A DNA stretch of 64,000 nucleotides from Octopus sinensis (Eukaryota), in the NCBI RefSeq assembly GCF_006345805.1, contig NC_042999.1:108066001-108130000 (forward strand), written 5' to 3'. The stretch's first letter is position 1, and each line of letters starts with the position of its first letter. The notes under the pieces are model-generated. The model saw nothing but the letters and a program-made list of their open reading frames with translations, did not search any database and was not told the origin of the DNA. Shown piece after piece: positions 24,289 to 37,119 of this stretch. Position numbers and translations under genes: made by a program.

Positions 24289-24879
24289 CTGTGAAAATGA
24301 AATTTGCTGTACATCTGCACGCACGCCACAAAGAAACACATGCAAATACACAAATTTCATATAAAGTTAATTTATTTAAAGATCAGAGACAAAAGAGCTA
24401 TTCTCTATATTTAGTTTATACTCGTTTCGATCTTAATTGATTTGGGCAAAATTTATGTCTTCTCAAGTTGTATAAGATGAATGCTATCAATGAAGAAGTG
24501 TGAATGGCAATACTTTCTGTAGGAAATAAAACAGCTTTTTACTACCTTATTTGCATCTATTTGCTCTTAAGTAGCTTTATGAATTATATTTAGTACTAGT
24601 AGTAGCAACAGATATTTAGTTACCATTTCTTTTTTTGTTTTGTTTTTACTGAATTCTATAATTTCAAATGGAGATGAGAGAAGTTCAGTTCTCATATCAA
24701 ACACTTTAAATTGCACCCCTTCTCTCTCTTCCGCCCCCTCTCTCTCACTCTTCTTCTCACTCTTTCTCTCTTCTGGTCCTTCTGCCTCTCCTGCTCTCTT
24801 TCTCTCTCTCATACACTCCCCCTGCACACATACTTTAATGAGAAAATTTAGACATCTGTATTTTTGTTATGTGTAAGTT

Positions 24880-25370
24880 GGTTGTTTGGATAAAACCTTT
24901 GCTTCCCACCATCTGTGGTTTCAGGATCAGTCTCACTGTATGGCATCTTGGACAAGTGTCTTACTACTGTAGTTCTAGACTGACCAAAGCCATGTGAGTG
25001 GATTTGGTCAATGGTAACCAAAATATCTAAACTATATATAGGGAAACTATCTATCTATCTATCTATCTATCTACCTACCTACCTACCACCCCACAAGGCA
25101 CAAGCCAGGGCAGGGTTGTTTACGGAAGACCAGCAGTCACTCATATATACCAGCCTCCCCTCTCCATGCCACCGATGTTGTCCAAGGGAAAGGCAAAGGC
25201 TGATGCAGCTTGGCACCAGTGACATCACAACTCATTTCTAAAGCTGAGTGAACTGGACCAATGTGAAATAAGGTGTCTTACTCAAGAACACAACACACAA
25301 CCTGGTCCAGGAATCAAACTTACTACCTCATGATTCTAAGCCTGATGCCTGAGCCATGTGCCTTTACATG
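24880..25370. mobile_element. Adjacent SINE fragments: family B head (+) and family C (-)
   Basis: GACAAGTGTCTTACTACTGTAG..GACCAAAGCC..GTGAGTGGATTTGG, then (CTAT)n, then AGCTGAGTGAACTGGA..GTGTCTTACTCAAGAACACAAC. Confidence 0.75.
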
Positions 25371-25549
25371 TTGTACTCATAACCATTTTATTATTTTTTT
25401 TTTAAGGATAGCATGTCTAGGACTATATTTTTTTCAAATGCAGTTCTGACATGTGATCTTAAAGCAGTAGAGTGTGATATCTGAGAGAGCTGATAGCTAT
25501 TTCTGGCTGCTCTCGGACTATGTTACTGGATTGTGAAAGTGTAGGTTAA

Positions 25550-25775
25550 CTTTTCTGGTATTAACCTGCCTGAGACTTTCCCTACTTCTATGATACAAAT
25601 TTCCTGTTTTAAAATTATCTAAATTAAAACCTTCTTTTAAAATTTCCTATTAATTTAGGTTTCAAGCACCAGTTTGATAATGAGAAACATATTTCACTAA
25701 ATGTTTCCTTAATCTTTTTAAAAATTACTTGAAATAAAAGTAGTGCAATTTAACAGAAATACAGCAGTAAGAGGG
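25550..25775 (+). mobile_element. Degenerate piggyBac-type MITE
   Basis: TTAA|C..TTCTGGTATTAACCTGCCTG start and GTAAGAGGG end; internal similarity to 48397-48610. Confidence 0.5.
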
Positions 25776-26023
25776 TAAGCAAAATAAGTTTTGACCTTTT
25801 TGATAAGACCTTGCAGAATGGCATAATCCCATGAATACATGAGATGATGCTAATTAACTTCTTTCTTTTCTTTTTTTGTTTAATTCATATTATTTAATTC
25901 TTCATGTACATTTTGTAGTTTTTCTGTTTTCTTCTTTTGAAAAACTTAATCAGTAAATTAAGGAGTTAATAAAAGAAAAACTCTTATGTTTCTTTTAGCT
26001 TAGGTTTACGACTTCATATTTGT

Positions 26024-26027
<4 letters not shown>

Positions 26028-26073
<46 letters not shown>
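26028..26073. repeat. (AG)n microsatellite
   Basis: Direct reading. Confidence 0.98.
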
Positions 26074-26079
<6 letters not shown>

Positions 26080-28222
26080 TTATTCTGAAACCTGGAAAGA
26101 TAATCTTATGGTGATGTAGGGCAGTAGGCTTCAAATATTACAGTAAACAATGGGATTGTTTTGTGAAATTTTAAATTTAGGCAAAACTTATGATATACAC
26201 TTGATTAATGGCTGATGCTTGGAAAGGATATTAATCCCTGTTGGGCTGTTCATCGCATGCTTAATTGAATTAACACACTTTTAAGATTTTTTTTTTCTAA
26301 TGTTCATTTTAAAATGTTTTGAAATCTCTGAAAAATACTGCAATAGAGATAAATGTATAAACTAACAATTACAGAGAATGATACAAATTTCATTAGTATT
26401 AAAATGATATTGAGTATCTCCTATAACAACTGTGAATCAAAAATATATATATATATATGAGAGTTAAAATTCTTATCTTTTGAAACTTTACCCAGTGTGA
26501 AAATTTGTTTCTGAAACCCTTAACTAAGCTACATTGCCCAAATAATTCAGAGGTGGTTTGTGTTTACATAAATGCTCTTCTTTATCTTAACACCAATTTC
26601 TTTTCTTTCCATTTATGTTGGTTACTCCTTGGTGGGCAACATTGTCTTCTCTTTAACTTTGGCTAACTCCTACAGAGAGATTGGTGAAACTTTGTAATTG
26701 TGAAGTAACATTTGTTTGTTAACCCTGACTTAAAGTAAGTTGAAACATATATTCATATAAAAGTACAGTTGAAACATATATTCAACTCACTTTTCAATCA
26801 ATCTAATTAATACTTAAGCTGTCATTTATTTTCCATAAGTGAAAAATTAACTAGGGATTGAATTAATGGTGGTTTGCTCGGTTAAATATATATTAGGGAG
26901 TAAGGTGTTGTTGGTGTAACAAGTTTCTTGATTCTGGAATACTTTATGGACTAATATGTTGATTGACTACTGGGTGCTTCACTCAATATACAGATAAACT
27001 TCATTTTAAAGTGCAACCTTGCAAAAATGAATACATCTCAGTTCTAGTGTCCCTGTGATTGTCCCGTGATAATGGAAGATTTCCAGTGGGTTTATCTTTT
27101 GTTCCCAGGTTAAAAGTATATATGGGACACAAGAGTAAGTAAATATTTTGATCCCTCGGTTATTCTAAATGCTATGTGAGCTACTGTGTCTATGTTTGAG
27201 CAGAGAATCTCACAGAATTATGAATAATTATAAATAAGTTACATTTTGTAACTCATGGTATTTGAGTTGTTTGATGGAGCTGGGTAGAGAACCATGAAGT
27301 TGTTGATTTCTTTGGTATTTCATCTGACTAAAACATCAGGTGAGGTCATGAATGTTCCAGGGTATCAGTTTCACAGTAATGCTGCAAGTATCTTTGATTG
27401 CTTCTGTAGATAAAACATAAAGATGTTAATGCATATGAACTAGCATTATAATGCCTTCTTTAAATATTGTAAATAAAGTAAAAATTAATATTTTTCACTT
27501 TGTAAATAGTGAAGTGTGCAAATGAGAATGTTTTTATTTACTCTAACCTATTCTACACTATGTAGTGTATATGATTTGTTAATTGTATCTAGAAATTCAT
27601 AAGGCCTCGGCATTAGTCAATCAATTGTTTAAGAAAGATGCTTGATACATTTTAGCAATCACTTATGAAATACACCAAGCTGGAATTTCCTACAACTCAT
27701 CATATTATTCTTAGTTTAGAAACATGTTTCAGGTAAATGTTAATTTTCTTTTTAGCCTAATTAGCTGTACATATTTTAGATATATGTTGTTTTCCTTTTT
27801 GTTTTTACCTCATTAGCTGCACATATTTCAGGTAAATGTTTTTCTTTTTAGACTAATTAGCATTACATATTTCTGGAACAAAATAAGAAAATGAGTTGAA
27901 ATATTTGCTCTCATTTCAGTAGCGAAACATTTCTTCTTGTGTCCAATCTGATATTGTTCAACAAGTAGTTACTAAGGTAACAGACAACATAAGGTTTATG
28001 TCACAGACTGATATACAATTATATCAAATTAAAATTAATAAACCCAAACTAACTCTAATGATTGTCAGTAAAAAAAACCATCATTTGATGTACAACTTAA
28101 ATTTATTATATATGTTCTCTAACATAATTTATTAATAATATATATAGATAAGTTTACTGAATCCTTAATTCTCATAGGTTCAGTCAGGTTTTTGAAATAA
28201 TTTTATAAAAAAAAAAAATTTT

Positions 28223-28298
28223 AATAGAATTTTTAGTGAATGTTTTAACAAAATATTTTTAATAGAATTTTTAGTGAATGTTTTAACAAAATATTTTT
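28223..28298. repeat. Perfect 38-bp tandem duplication
   Basis: AATAGAATTTTTAGTGAATGTTTTAACAAAATATTTTT x2. Confidence 0.95.
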
Positions 28299-29589
28299 AG
28301 ATGTAAATTTCAAAATATTTGCAAAATGTTATGCTTAAAGATACTTTCCAAATCAAAATATTTCTTTAAATTATCATCTCAATATCAATTGACTCTGGAC
28401 AAAGGTTATTCTCCATCTTAATTTATTGTGAGGATTGAATTTAAATTCGTTTTAACTTCACTTGAGGCCTGATTAAATTTAATTAGAGACTTCTGGTGCC
28501 AGCAAATTATTTTCTGTTATTCTTAACATATAACCAAACATTGTTGTCTTAAATTGGTTTGCATCCTTGTAAAAACTGTTGGATTTCTTGCTCTCTCACT
28601 CTATCTCCCTCTCTCTCTCGAAGGAATGTAATTCTAAATACAGAAGCAATCAACTGTATACTCCTTTTATAATTATTTGCCAATTACTCTTCCTTCTGTC
28701 ATGCCTAAGATAATGGAAATAGTTATAAATAATGACCTACTACACATTCAACATTGTTCGATGCCAAAAGCACTGGTAACCTACTCCCTTCATAAAAACC
28801 TATTTTTTCTTTTCCTTTTAAATTTTATCACGAGAAATTTATTCTTAGTTTTACACCTGTAATTTTGGGAGATTCGTACTATTAATTTTTATACCAACAC
28901 AAAGTAGTGCCATTATCTGTAATTTTTCATTTGCTCAAATTGTGCTATCTCTGATATAGCTCTGTGATTTCTCTACTGTTCAAAAGGCTTTTATACGTCA
29001 TTTTATTGATCAGTTTTCTCTTGTTCAGTATTGAATAAATTTTATTAAAAAAAAGGGGGATCTTTTGTGAACTCTTGCAAAATGAAATTCCAATTAATTT
29101 ATTGCTTAATTATTTCTCTAATGGCATTTATTAGAGTTTTTTAATATTTTCAGTTATTTTATTACAAATTTTATTTTTACTTAGTTCCTCCTCTTAAGTT
29201 CCTTTTATCCATTTCCAGCATTTTCTCATACTGAAAATTAGATTTTGTACTTCAGTTGAAGATGCCATGTTTTCTACGTATGTGATTGTAAATGCATTAA
29301 TAAACCAGCTAGTTTAAATTTGCTTGAGTTTCTGTTTGGAGTGGGCTATGTACAATTGATATCTGGTATAACCAAGTTAATCCACTTAAGTCTATCACTG
29401 GTCAAATGCTACAAACTTGCTCATAAACCTATTATTAAAGTTTTCATATTTAAACTATTAAAACATCATCTGATTCTTCCTCGTCACCTGAATGATAATG
29501 CAATATTTTGACAGGTTAACATTTCTTATTAGATTTATGTAAATCTTATTTCAAAACCAAATTAATTAATGATGTGTGTGCGCAATATG

Positions 29590-29593
<4 letters not shown>

Positions 29594-29651
<58 letters not shown>

Positions 29652-29668
29652 ATATATATATATATATA
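29594..29668. repeat. (CT)n-(AT)n compound microsatellite
   Basis: Direct reading. Confidence 0.98.
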
Positions 29669-31474
29669 TGTATTAGTTGAAGTATAAAGTATTATATATC
29701 CATTGTGGCCAATCCTACAAATTGGTACCCAAAACAATTTATAAAAGCACAGTACATGCTACCAGGTTATGTACGTGGCAGAGCTAAGATATGTATAAGA
29801 TGTGTGTGTGTGTGTGTGTGTGTGTATAGACAGAGACACATGGCAAAAAAACTCAATACATAGCTTATTATTGGTTTGAATGTAATTAGTTCCATTGCTA
29901 CTCTGTGATTGTTGAGCTTGTTTGTTCAGGTTATAAACTGATTATTCATTCCTTACTTTCAATTCTGAATAGATGAACATAACCAAGTATCTTAGAGTTG
30001 CAATATACAGTGAACCAACATCTTCAAAAGAATATCTGTCTTTTTAATTGTCAAACTGACGTTGTTTTTTTTTTTTAAAGTAAGCTTAAGCAGAACAAAG
30101 GAACATTTACTCCCAATGAACACTCACTGCTGAGAGTTGAGTGAAATTTGTTGTAAAATTTCTGCTGAATGAGACTTTTTATCTGTCACTGGATGACTTA
30201 TTCAACCAATCTAGGTGAATAAGTACAACTCAGCCTTAGTCAATACAAAATTTTTAATAGATATTTGTCTATTTATCTATTTATTCAGACACACACACAG
30301 AGTTATTTCACTAAATCATTCCAAATTCTTTGCTTTTATTTTGTTTTGAAAATTAGGCAATTTCGGTGATGGTCACTCAACATTCAAAGTTGTTTTTAAT
30401 TCCTGTCATTTGCTTCATTATGCAATGAATTGGGTCAGTAGCTCTTCTCTTTGAAGTTGGTGATAACAGGTGTTGGTAAAAGGTCAGATGAATTAATTTT
30501 GATGATGGTTCACCTCACATTGATTCAACAGTCTGTAATTACTTTAAAGACTCTCGTTACCTACCTAATAAACCTTAGCCCTTCTACTCAGTAATTATTA
30601 GTGAAGCAAGGCTGAAACGAAGTCAGTGTATTTTACCAGGCAGCTAGCTAACTACATAAAGCTTCATGACCTACACTGTGTTGAGTATTCAATACAGATA
30701 CTATTATCTTTTGCTTACTAGAAATAAATGTAATTGAGAATGTGTAATTAAGCTAATTGTTATATGAATTCATATAAGTGGGAAATAACTACTTCAGCAA
30801 AACTATTTTCTGTAAAGCTCAAACACAAAATGAGGAAACTTTTGTATGAAATACATTATTACACACATGCATATGTGTGTGCATAAAATATGAAGTTTCT
30901 ACTTGAATCAATCAAGTGTGATTGAGAATGATTAATTTTTTTCTTTCTTCATTATTTAGTCTGTAATCATTAGTTTTATATTTATTTACTTCTATTTATT
31001 CTATAGTATATGTAATTTATTACTTACTTGAAAACTTTCTAACTGTTTTGTTTTAATCCGGAAAAATCAATTGCACATAATTAATTTGGCATTTCCTAAT
31101 ACTTTCTATAATTGATCTTCGAGACAGTGGAAGTGCATATTAAATACATTTCTTAGTTTTCTTTCCATATAGCACTTTCATTGCCATTTTCTTTCTTTAT
31201 TATTATTTTTTTTCCATCATAACTCGTTTATTAGGAATCCCAATTCCTAATGCATATTATCAGCAAAATTAAAATTCGCTGATGAATTATTTCATATTAG
31301 TTATTTTTCCTTAAAGTTCTGTTTCATGAACTTTATATAAATAACGGAATGCTGTTACTTGCAACTGAAGAATAACATTTCAATATAAAGTTTATATAAA
31401 GTTTACAAAAGTGTTTTAGCAGTAAAGTTTATAATTTAAGTAGACAAACTTTTTAAATTGGTTGAAATATTTTT

Positions 31475-31944
31475 GTGACATATTTGATCTGTAAAAACCA
31501 TTTTTCACTGCAGTTTGCCATGAAGAAAATTCTTGCTTCAGACACTTGGTGTCAAAACACCATCAATCATCTCAGGGCACCTTCTGGTAAACTGATAAAT
31601 GTATTTCTATCTAATTTGGCTATCATCAGTGCCAGATACTATGTTAGGAAGACTACCCTGAGATGACTTTGGAAACTACTGCCTCATTTATAGAAAATCA
31701 GCAAAAATTATTTTCCAATTTGTGCAGTCAGCTGCTAGGCCATAATAAATTATATATTATGCATACTAAGTGGTGTTGTGAACTGAACAAACCTTTAAAT
31801 CAGATCAAATATATTCGTGTCATATTTGACCTGTAAAAAATCATTTTTCACTGCAGTTTACCATGGAGGAAATTCTCTCTTTAGACAATAGGTGCCAAAA
31901 TGCCATCAGTCATCTTGGGGTACCCTCTGGTGCACTGATAAATG
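31475..31944. repeat. Diverged 127-bp direct duplication (31475-31601 and 31817-31944)
   Basis: CATATTTGA(T/C)CTGTAAAAA..CATTTTTCACTGCAGTTT.CCATG...CCATCA.TCATCT..GG..ACC.TCTGGT..ACTGATAAATG in both. Confidence 0.9.
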
Positions 31945-32039
31945 AAACAATCCTTGGTTTATATAATATATGTTAATTTATGTTTTTAACATATCATAGA
32001 TTATGTTTTTGAATTGGCAGAAGGACTTTGCCCATGTTT

Positions 32040-32780
32040 TCTTCTGGGCTTTCAAGTTGCCAATAATATTCTTCCATAGCTTCTAGGAGAACATGTCTGG
32101 AGAGGGTAATCCAAAGGTCCAATCTTCATGGAAGTTCTGAGCAACAACACTATTTTCATTGAATTTCTTGTGGACCAAAGCCTGCATATGAGTGACATAA
32201 AAGAGAGTCTTCAGTTGATCTACTTTTACAAAAGTGATATTAGTGATCATTAAGGAGGGGGAGAAACTCATTTGTGGAAAAGGCTTTTGTTAGCAAATGA
32301 AGTGAGTGAAACTATTTGTTACAGACAGCTGAGGATAGTGAATAATTTACAGTTTTTTAGTATGTGATGAGTCTGAGAGCAAAGTAGAGTTGTGGACATT
32401 GAAGTAACTGGTAACAAATGACTTCAGAGCTGAAGTGAGGTAAATGCCTTCAATATAGGAAGAATTATAGTCAAAAGGCATGAGTCTCTGAACTTAAGTA
32501 CCTGGAAGGTTTTTGCTAATATACATGTGAGAGGGATGACTGATAGAGAGAGTGGAACCTAAATGTGTGTAGACACCACCTTTTTTGGTGAAGTTTGAGT
32601 ATCCTGGACAGCAAATATGGACTATATAGGTAAAAAAATGTAGAATGGGATTAGGAGTTTATATGTAAGAAGTGATGTGTGATGTTGAATTTGGATTAGA
32701 ATCTAGAGCTATTAGAGCAAAGAAAGGGAGAACAGAAGTGATGAAAGTGTAATACTGTTTCAGTTAAAATTGAATGTTGA
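32040..32780 (-). mobile_element. CR1/L2-group LINE apurinic-endonuclease remnant
   Basis: Minus-strand TPNPIL, CPGYS...KKGGVY, FDYNSSYIE, YFNVHN (GDFNVH-like), SPP..SLIS segments in the expected order; many stops. Confidence 0.6.
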
Positions 32781-34734
32781 GAGAAATAACCTTAACATCA
32801 ACAGTTATCTTGAAATTAATAGATTGGATTGTAATCATTTTCAGTTGCATGAAACAGTGAACTTAAAATACTCAAATATTGATCTTATGGCTTTGTGATC
32901 AAAATTTATTATAGCTTTTGTTACAAGACTATAATGAGCATGCAATATAAATGATGAGAGGTAATGTATTGGTACCAAAGGGTTTGGCTTTCCATGTAGA
33001 ATATATTTTTAGAGGTATGTAATGTAGGACAATATATTTTTGGTGAAACACGATTTTAATTGAAGAGTAGCCACAAGAAAGTTCTTACATCAAAGATGCT
33101 GTTCTCTTACTTCTTTTAGAGGGAGTAGACAGGACCTCACTAATATGAAATCACTATAAAAAGAGTGCACACAAAATGAGAAATGGGATTTCGTGCTGTC
33201 AGACTAAAACTTTGTTCATTAGTTGCACTGGAGTAAGTTATCTTACAAATAACTATATAATTAAGAACCTTGATTGTTCAGATAGTCACTGGCAATAATA
33301 TGTTATTTTGGTAGCATGCTGAAGGTGAAACTCATAAGAGCAAATGATAGAAAGGAGGTGTTTCGGTAATTGAGAATTTATTTATGTAAGTTGGGATATA
33401 TATGTAAAGAACATTGAGCTATGTACAATGAAGCAGAATACATGCAGCATAATGTTTTGGAATATGTTGAATATATCAACTTAGCAAAACTGAGCAAAAA
33501 TTACCTGACGTGATTGGAAGTTAAAGGTATTGGGTAATGTATGGGGGTTGCAACTTTACAGATTTGTACATAAAATATAACTGAATGGCACATATTAAGT
33601 GAGAGACTGTGTCAAATTTGTATTGGGTGTATGAACTGCGATTTAAGTAGTGATTACACCAGATCTTTAAATATTGAGTGGAAGTCTTCACAAATGAGAT
33701 GACCAAAAAGTGAGGCACTTAGAAAGAAAGATGCTGTATCGGAAACTAATCATTATATGCTAAAATACAAAACAAAAAACACCTGAAGAGACTATTGATA
33801 AAGTGTCTGTGCATGTATCTGTCAACATGTGTGTACTTGCATTATGCATTTTTACAACCAGTATCACTAATGACTTGTTAAGCTAATCAAGTTTTATTGG
33901 TGCTAAAATAGGCTGATGCCATTGGGTTATTGTTATTTGACAAATTAAACAAAAATTTGCTGAATTGGTTAGAAAAAAGAAAAAGATGGTTTGTGAATCG
34001 TGTCTTTCTGAAATTCCCTTTCAGCTAATGTATATATTGTTATGTGTTTTATAGAACTTATTCATTTCTGGTAATCTAATGATTTCTCCTGATTCTTATT
34101 TGATTCGATTTTAATCAATCAAAATTAGTGTCATTATTTCTGCTATAAGTCAAACAAATAATTTTTTTTCTTTAGCAAGATAGTTAAAGTTGGAACTGTT
34201 TTGTGTAAAACAGGTTAGTAGAAAGCCATTGCTTATGATATCTGGAAAAACATTCCTGTATATATTACTACAGATGATAATACACACACGCACACATATA
34301 TATATATATATATATATATAACAGGTGTTAATATGTATTGCACAATAAATAAATATTTGTATACACTGAAGAAATTACCTTAGGGATATACAGTAATGAA
34401 ATACTATAAATACTTTCATGCTGATGAAAATATACAGTGACACTGTAAATAAAGACACGGTGGTCTATGAGTATTACACTAGACTTAAGAGAATATAGCA
34501 TTCAAAGTTTTCTTTTTATGATATCCCTCAATGCATTTACAGTTTGGCTACCAACATCTGAATGCTGTATTGGACTGTATAGGAAATTCATTTTAGTGAC
34601 CATAAAAAAAGAAAAACATGTAACTTAATGTTTCCACTGAGATATCGATATTGACAGATACCATTGCAGAAGGAAAGAAGAGGACAGAAGCATAAGCTCA
34701 ATCTAGATAGCATTTGTATGCTTTATGTCATCAT

Positions 34735-34752
34735 TCTCTCTCTCTCTCACTC

Positions 34753-34786
<34 letters not shown>

Positions 34787-34820
34787 CCTCTCTTTCTCTC
34801 TCTCTTTCTCTATCTCTCTT
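34735..34820. repeat. (CT)n tract
   Basis: Direct reading. Confidence 0.95.
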
Positions 34821-36677
34821 ACATACAAGTTAAACAGCAAAACCAAAAACATCATGTTATAAATTGGAAGCAAATTCCTCGTGAAGCACTCAGGATTTGA
34901 TGTTCTGTGTAGCCCCAGAACTGCTGGGTAGAACTATTTTAATGGGGATTGGAAGAAAATACACAAAGAAACGTTATGCATGAGTATATAACTTTGGAAG
35001 GTCAATAATGTTGCCATATTAGCAGAGTTTTATAATTTCTTGTTCTCTGAATTTCATAATTTCATGATCACTGTCACATCATATCATAATAATGCTTTTT
35101 TTTCATTCAGTAACACTAAGTTACTATCAAGCATGCTATAAAGTGATATTGAACATAGACTTTTAATCCTTAAAGGGACCACTAAAATATTGACTGTGTT
35201 GTATTTCCATGGAGGATTTTATGTATGTAGGAATAGTTGTGTAGCTTAGAATTTTATTTGCAATTACATAATACCAATGTTGATCCCATTGTACAAGTTC
35301 AACAAAAGTCTTATGAAATTTGGTTGAGAGAAACAGTCCAGTAAGTTCTTGGGTGTATGTGTGTATCATGGCTGTGCATGGATATATACAAGCTAAAGCC
35401 GAGGATAACAGAAATGAACATCAAACAAAAATATCTTGCATTTTGTTACATCCTTTTTATGTTCTGGTTACAACCTTTACATCCAGGTGGACTTTTGCCT
35501 TTCTTGCTCTCAACGTTGGTAAAACACATGCTACACAAAGAAATGGTACTGATATTTTCAATAAAGAAACTTTAGAGGTAATAGTCATTAGACTAAATAA
35601 AACCATTAAAGGATGTAATATACCATAAACAAAAAAAAAACATCAAATTATTGGTAGCGGGAATTATGTAGTATGATGGTCTTGCAAACCAATGTACAAG
35701 ACACATGTATGGCAGGTGTGTTTGTTAAGACAGTAGCAGTGTGTGCTTCCTGGTTTGATATCTTTGCACAGTACTTTGTGAGAGTGTTGTCTACTATAGC
35801 ATTAGGTTGATGAATATCTTATGTGTGAAATTTGATAGCTAGAAAATATGCAGAAGCCTGCTGTGTGTGTGTGTGTGTTTGTGTGTGTATGTGTGTGTGT
35901 GCATGTGATTTTGTTCGTGGTTATGTTTACCATCTAAAAGTTAGCGCAATTTATGTTTGTGTTTCGTTGTCTTGTGAGATAACAGTTTGGCAAATAGCAA
36001 TTGGTAAAATAAATACCAGATTGACATATGTTCTTGAGCCATTATGATTATTAAACAATTCTAGGGTGAAACTAGTTGAATGACTGAAATTAGAAAAAGA
36101 GTAAAAAAGTAACTTTTACATCCTAAACATAATGCCAGTACAATGGAGGGAGTTTCCACTTAGTTGGTGAACTTGCTAGAAATAACTGCCAAATCTCATT
36201 TAAGCTAAACATCACTTTCTAATAGTGGAAGGATATATTTGATAATATAGTACTAAGTACAGCCTACTATAATTAAGTAAGTGAAGGAAAAGAAACAGGG
36301 TTTGATGATAGATTAGTTTGGTCAGATTTAACCCGGGGCTAAATAACAACAATAATTATAGCAAATATCACATGGTGCAAAAAGCATGATCTGGTACTAG
36401 GTCCTGTTACCAAATTTTTGGTGAATTCCCTGTGTAGAACTTTCATACATACATACCTTTTCTCTGATGACAATACCCAGTGTATGGAGATGCTAACCTA
36501 TCACTTGGGGTATCCCAGAAACAACTGTAAGACATCTAATAATTAATTGATTAACTAATTTAATTAATTACTCCAAATTCACTTTACTCTAATTAAATTA
36601 ATCTAAATGACTTGAGATAATCACTCTGCCTTGGTTTTTGTTGTCCTTTTTCTTGTAATATATATATATATATATAT

Positions 36678-36982
36678 ATCATCGTGATCATTGTGACCGA
36701 TCAGGCTGTCAGATGTTATTACACATCGCTGGTCACAATGCACATTGTTTTAACCTTCAAGTGACGCCAGCCCGCTGGCTAAGCAAGCAGGCTAACAGAA
36801 GAAAGAGTGAAAGTTGTGGCGAAAGAGTACAGCAGGGATCGCCCCCCCCCCCATGCCGGAGCCTCGTGGAGCTTTAGGTGTTTTTGCTCAATAAACACCC
36901 ACAATGCCCGGTCTGGGAATCAAAACCGTGATCCTACAACCGCGAATCTGCTGCCCTAACCACTAGGCCATTGCACCTCCAC
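36678..36982 (-). mobile_element. Young-looking tRNA-derived SINE (OR-type, tRNA-Arg-like head by recall)
   Basis: Minus strand: A-box TGGCCTAGTGG, B-box-like GGTTTTGATTCC, many retained CpG, (GAT)-type tail into (TA)n. Confidence 0.85.
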
Positions 36983-36992
36983 ACAAACACAA

Positions 36993-37023
<31 letters not shown>

Positions 37024-37119
37024 ATTCTTATACAAGAATGTTGTTGATTGTGACAAGTGGTGATGGCTTAGCTGGCCAAAACTTTAAAGTCACTGTCAAC
37101 AACATTCTTGTATAAGAAT
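37024..37119 (+). other. 96-nt foldback with 31-bp near-perfect stem
   Basis: 37024-37054 pairs with 37089-37119 with one U-U mismatch and one G-U wobble on the plus strand. Confidence 0.9.

Noticed and set aside
35176-35222. VLYFHGGFY resembling the alpha/beta-hydrolase HGG motif
   Set aside because: Isolated nine-residue match, stop soon after, no other hydrolase exons found.
36380-36520. LGP...LFSDD, RT-like pattern
   Set aside because: Too degenerate and short to support a separate feature.
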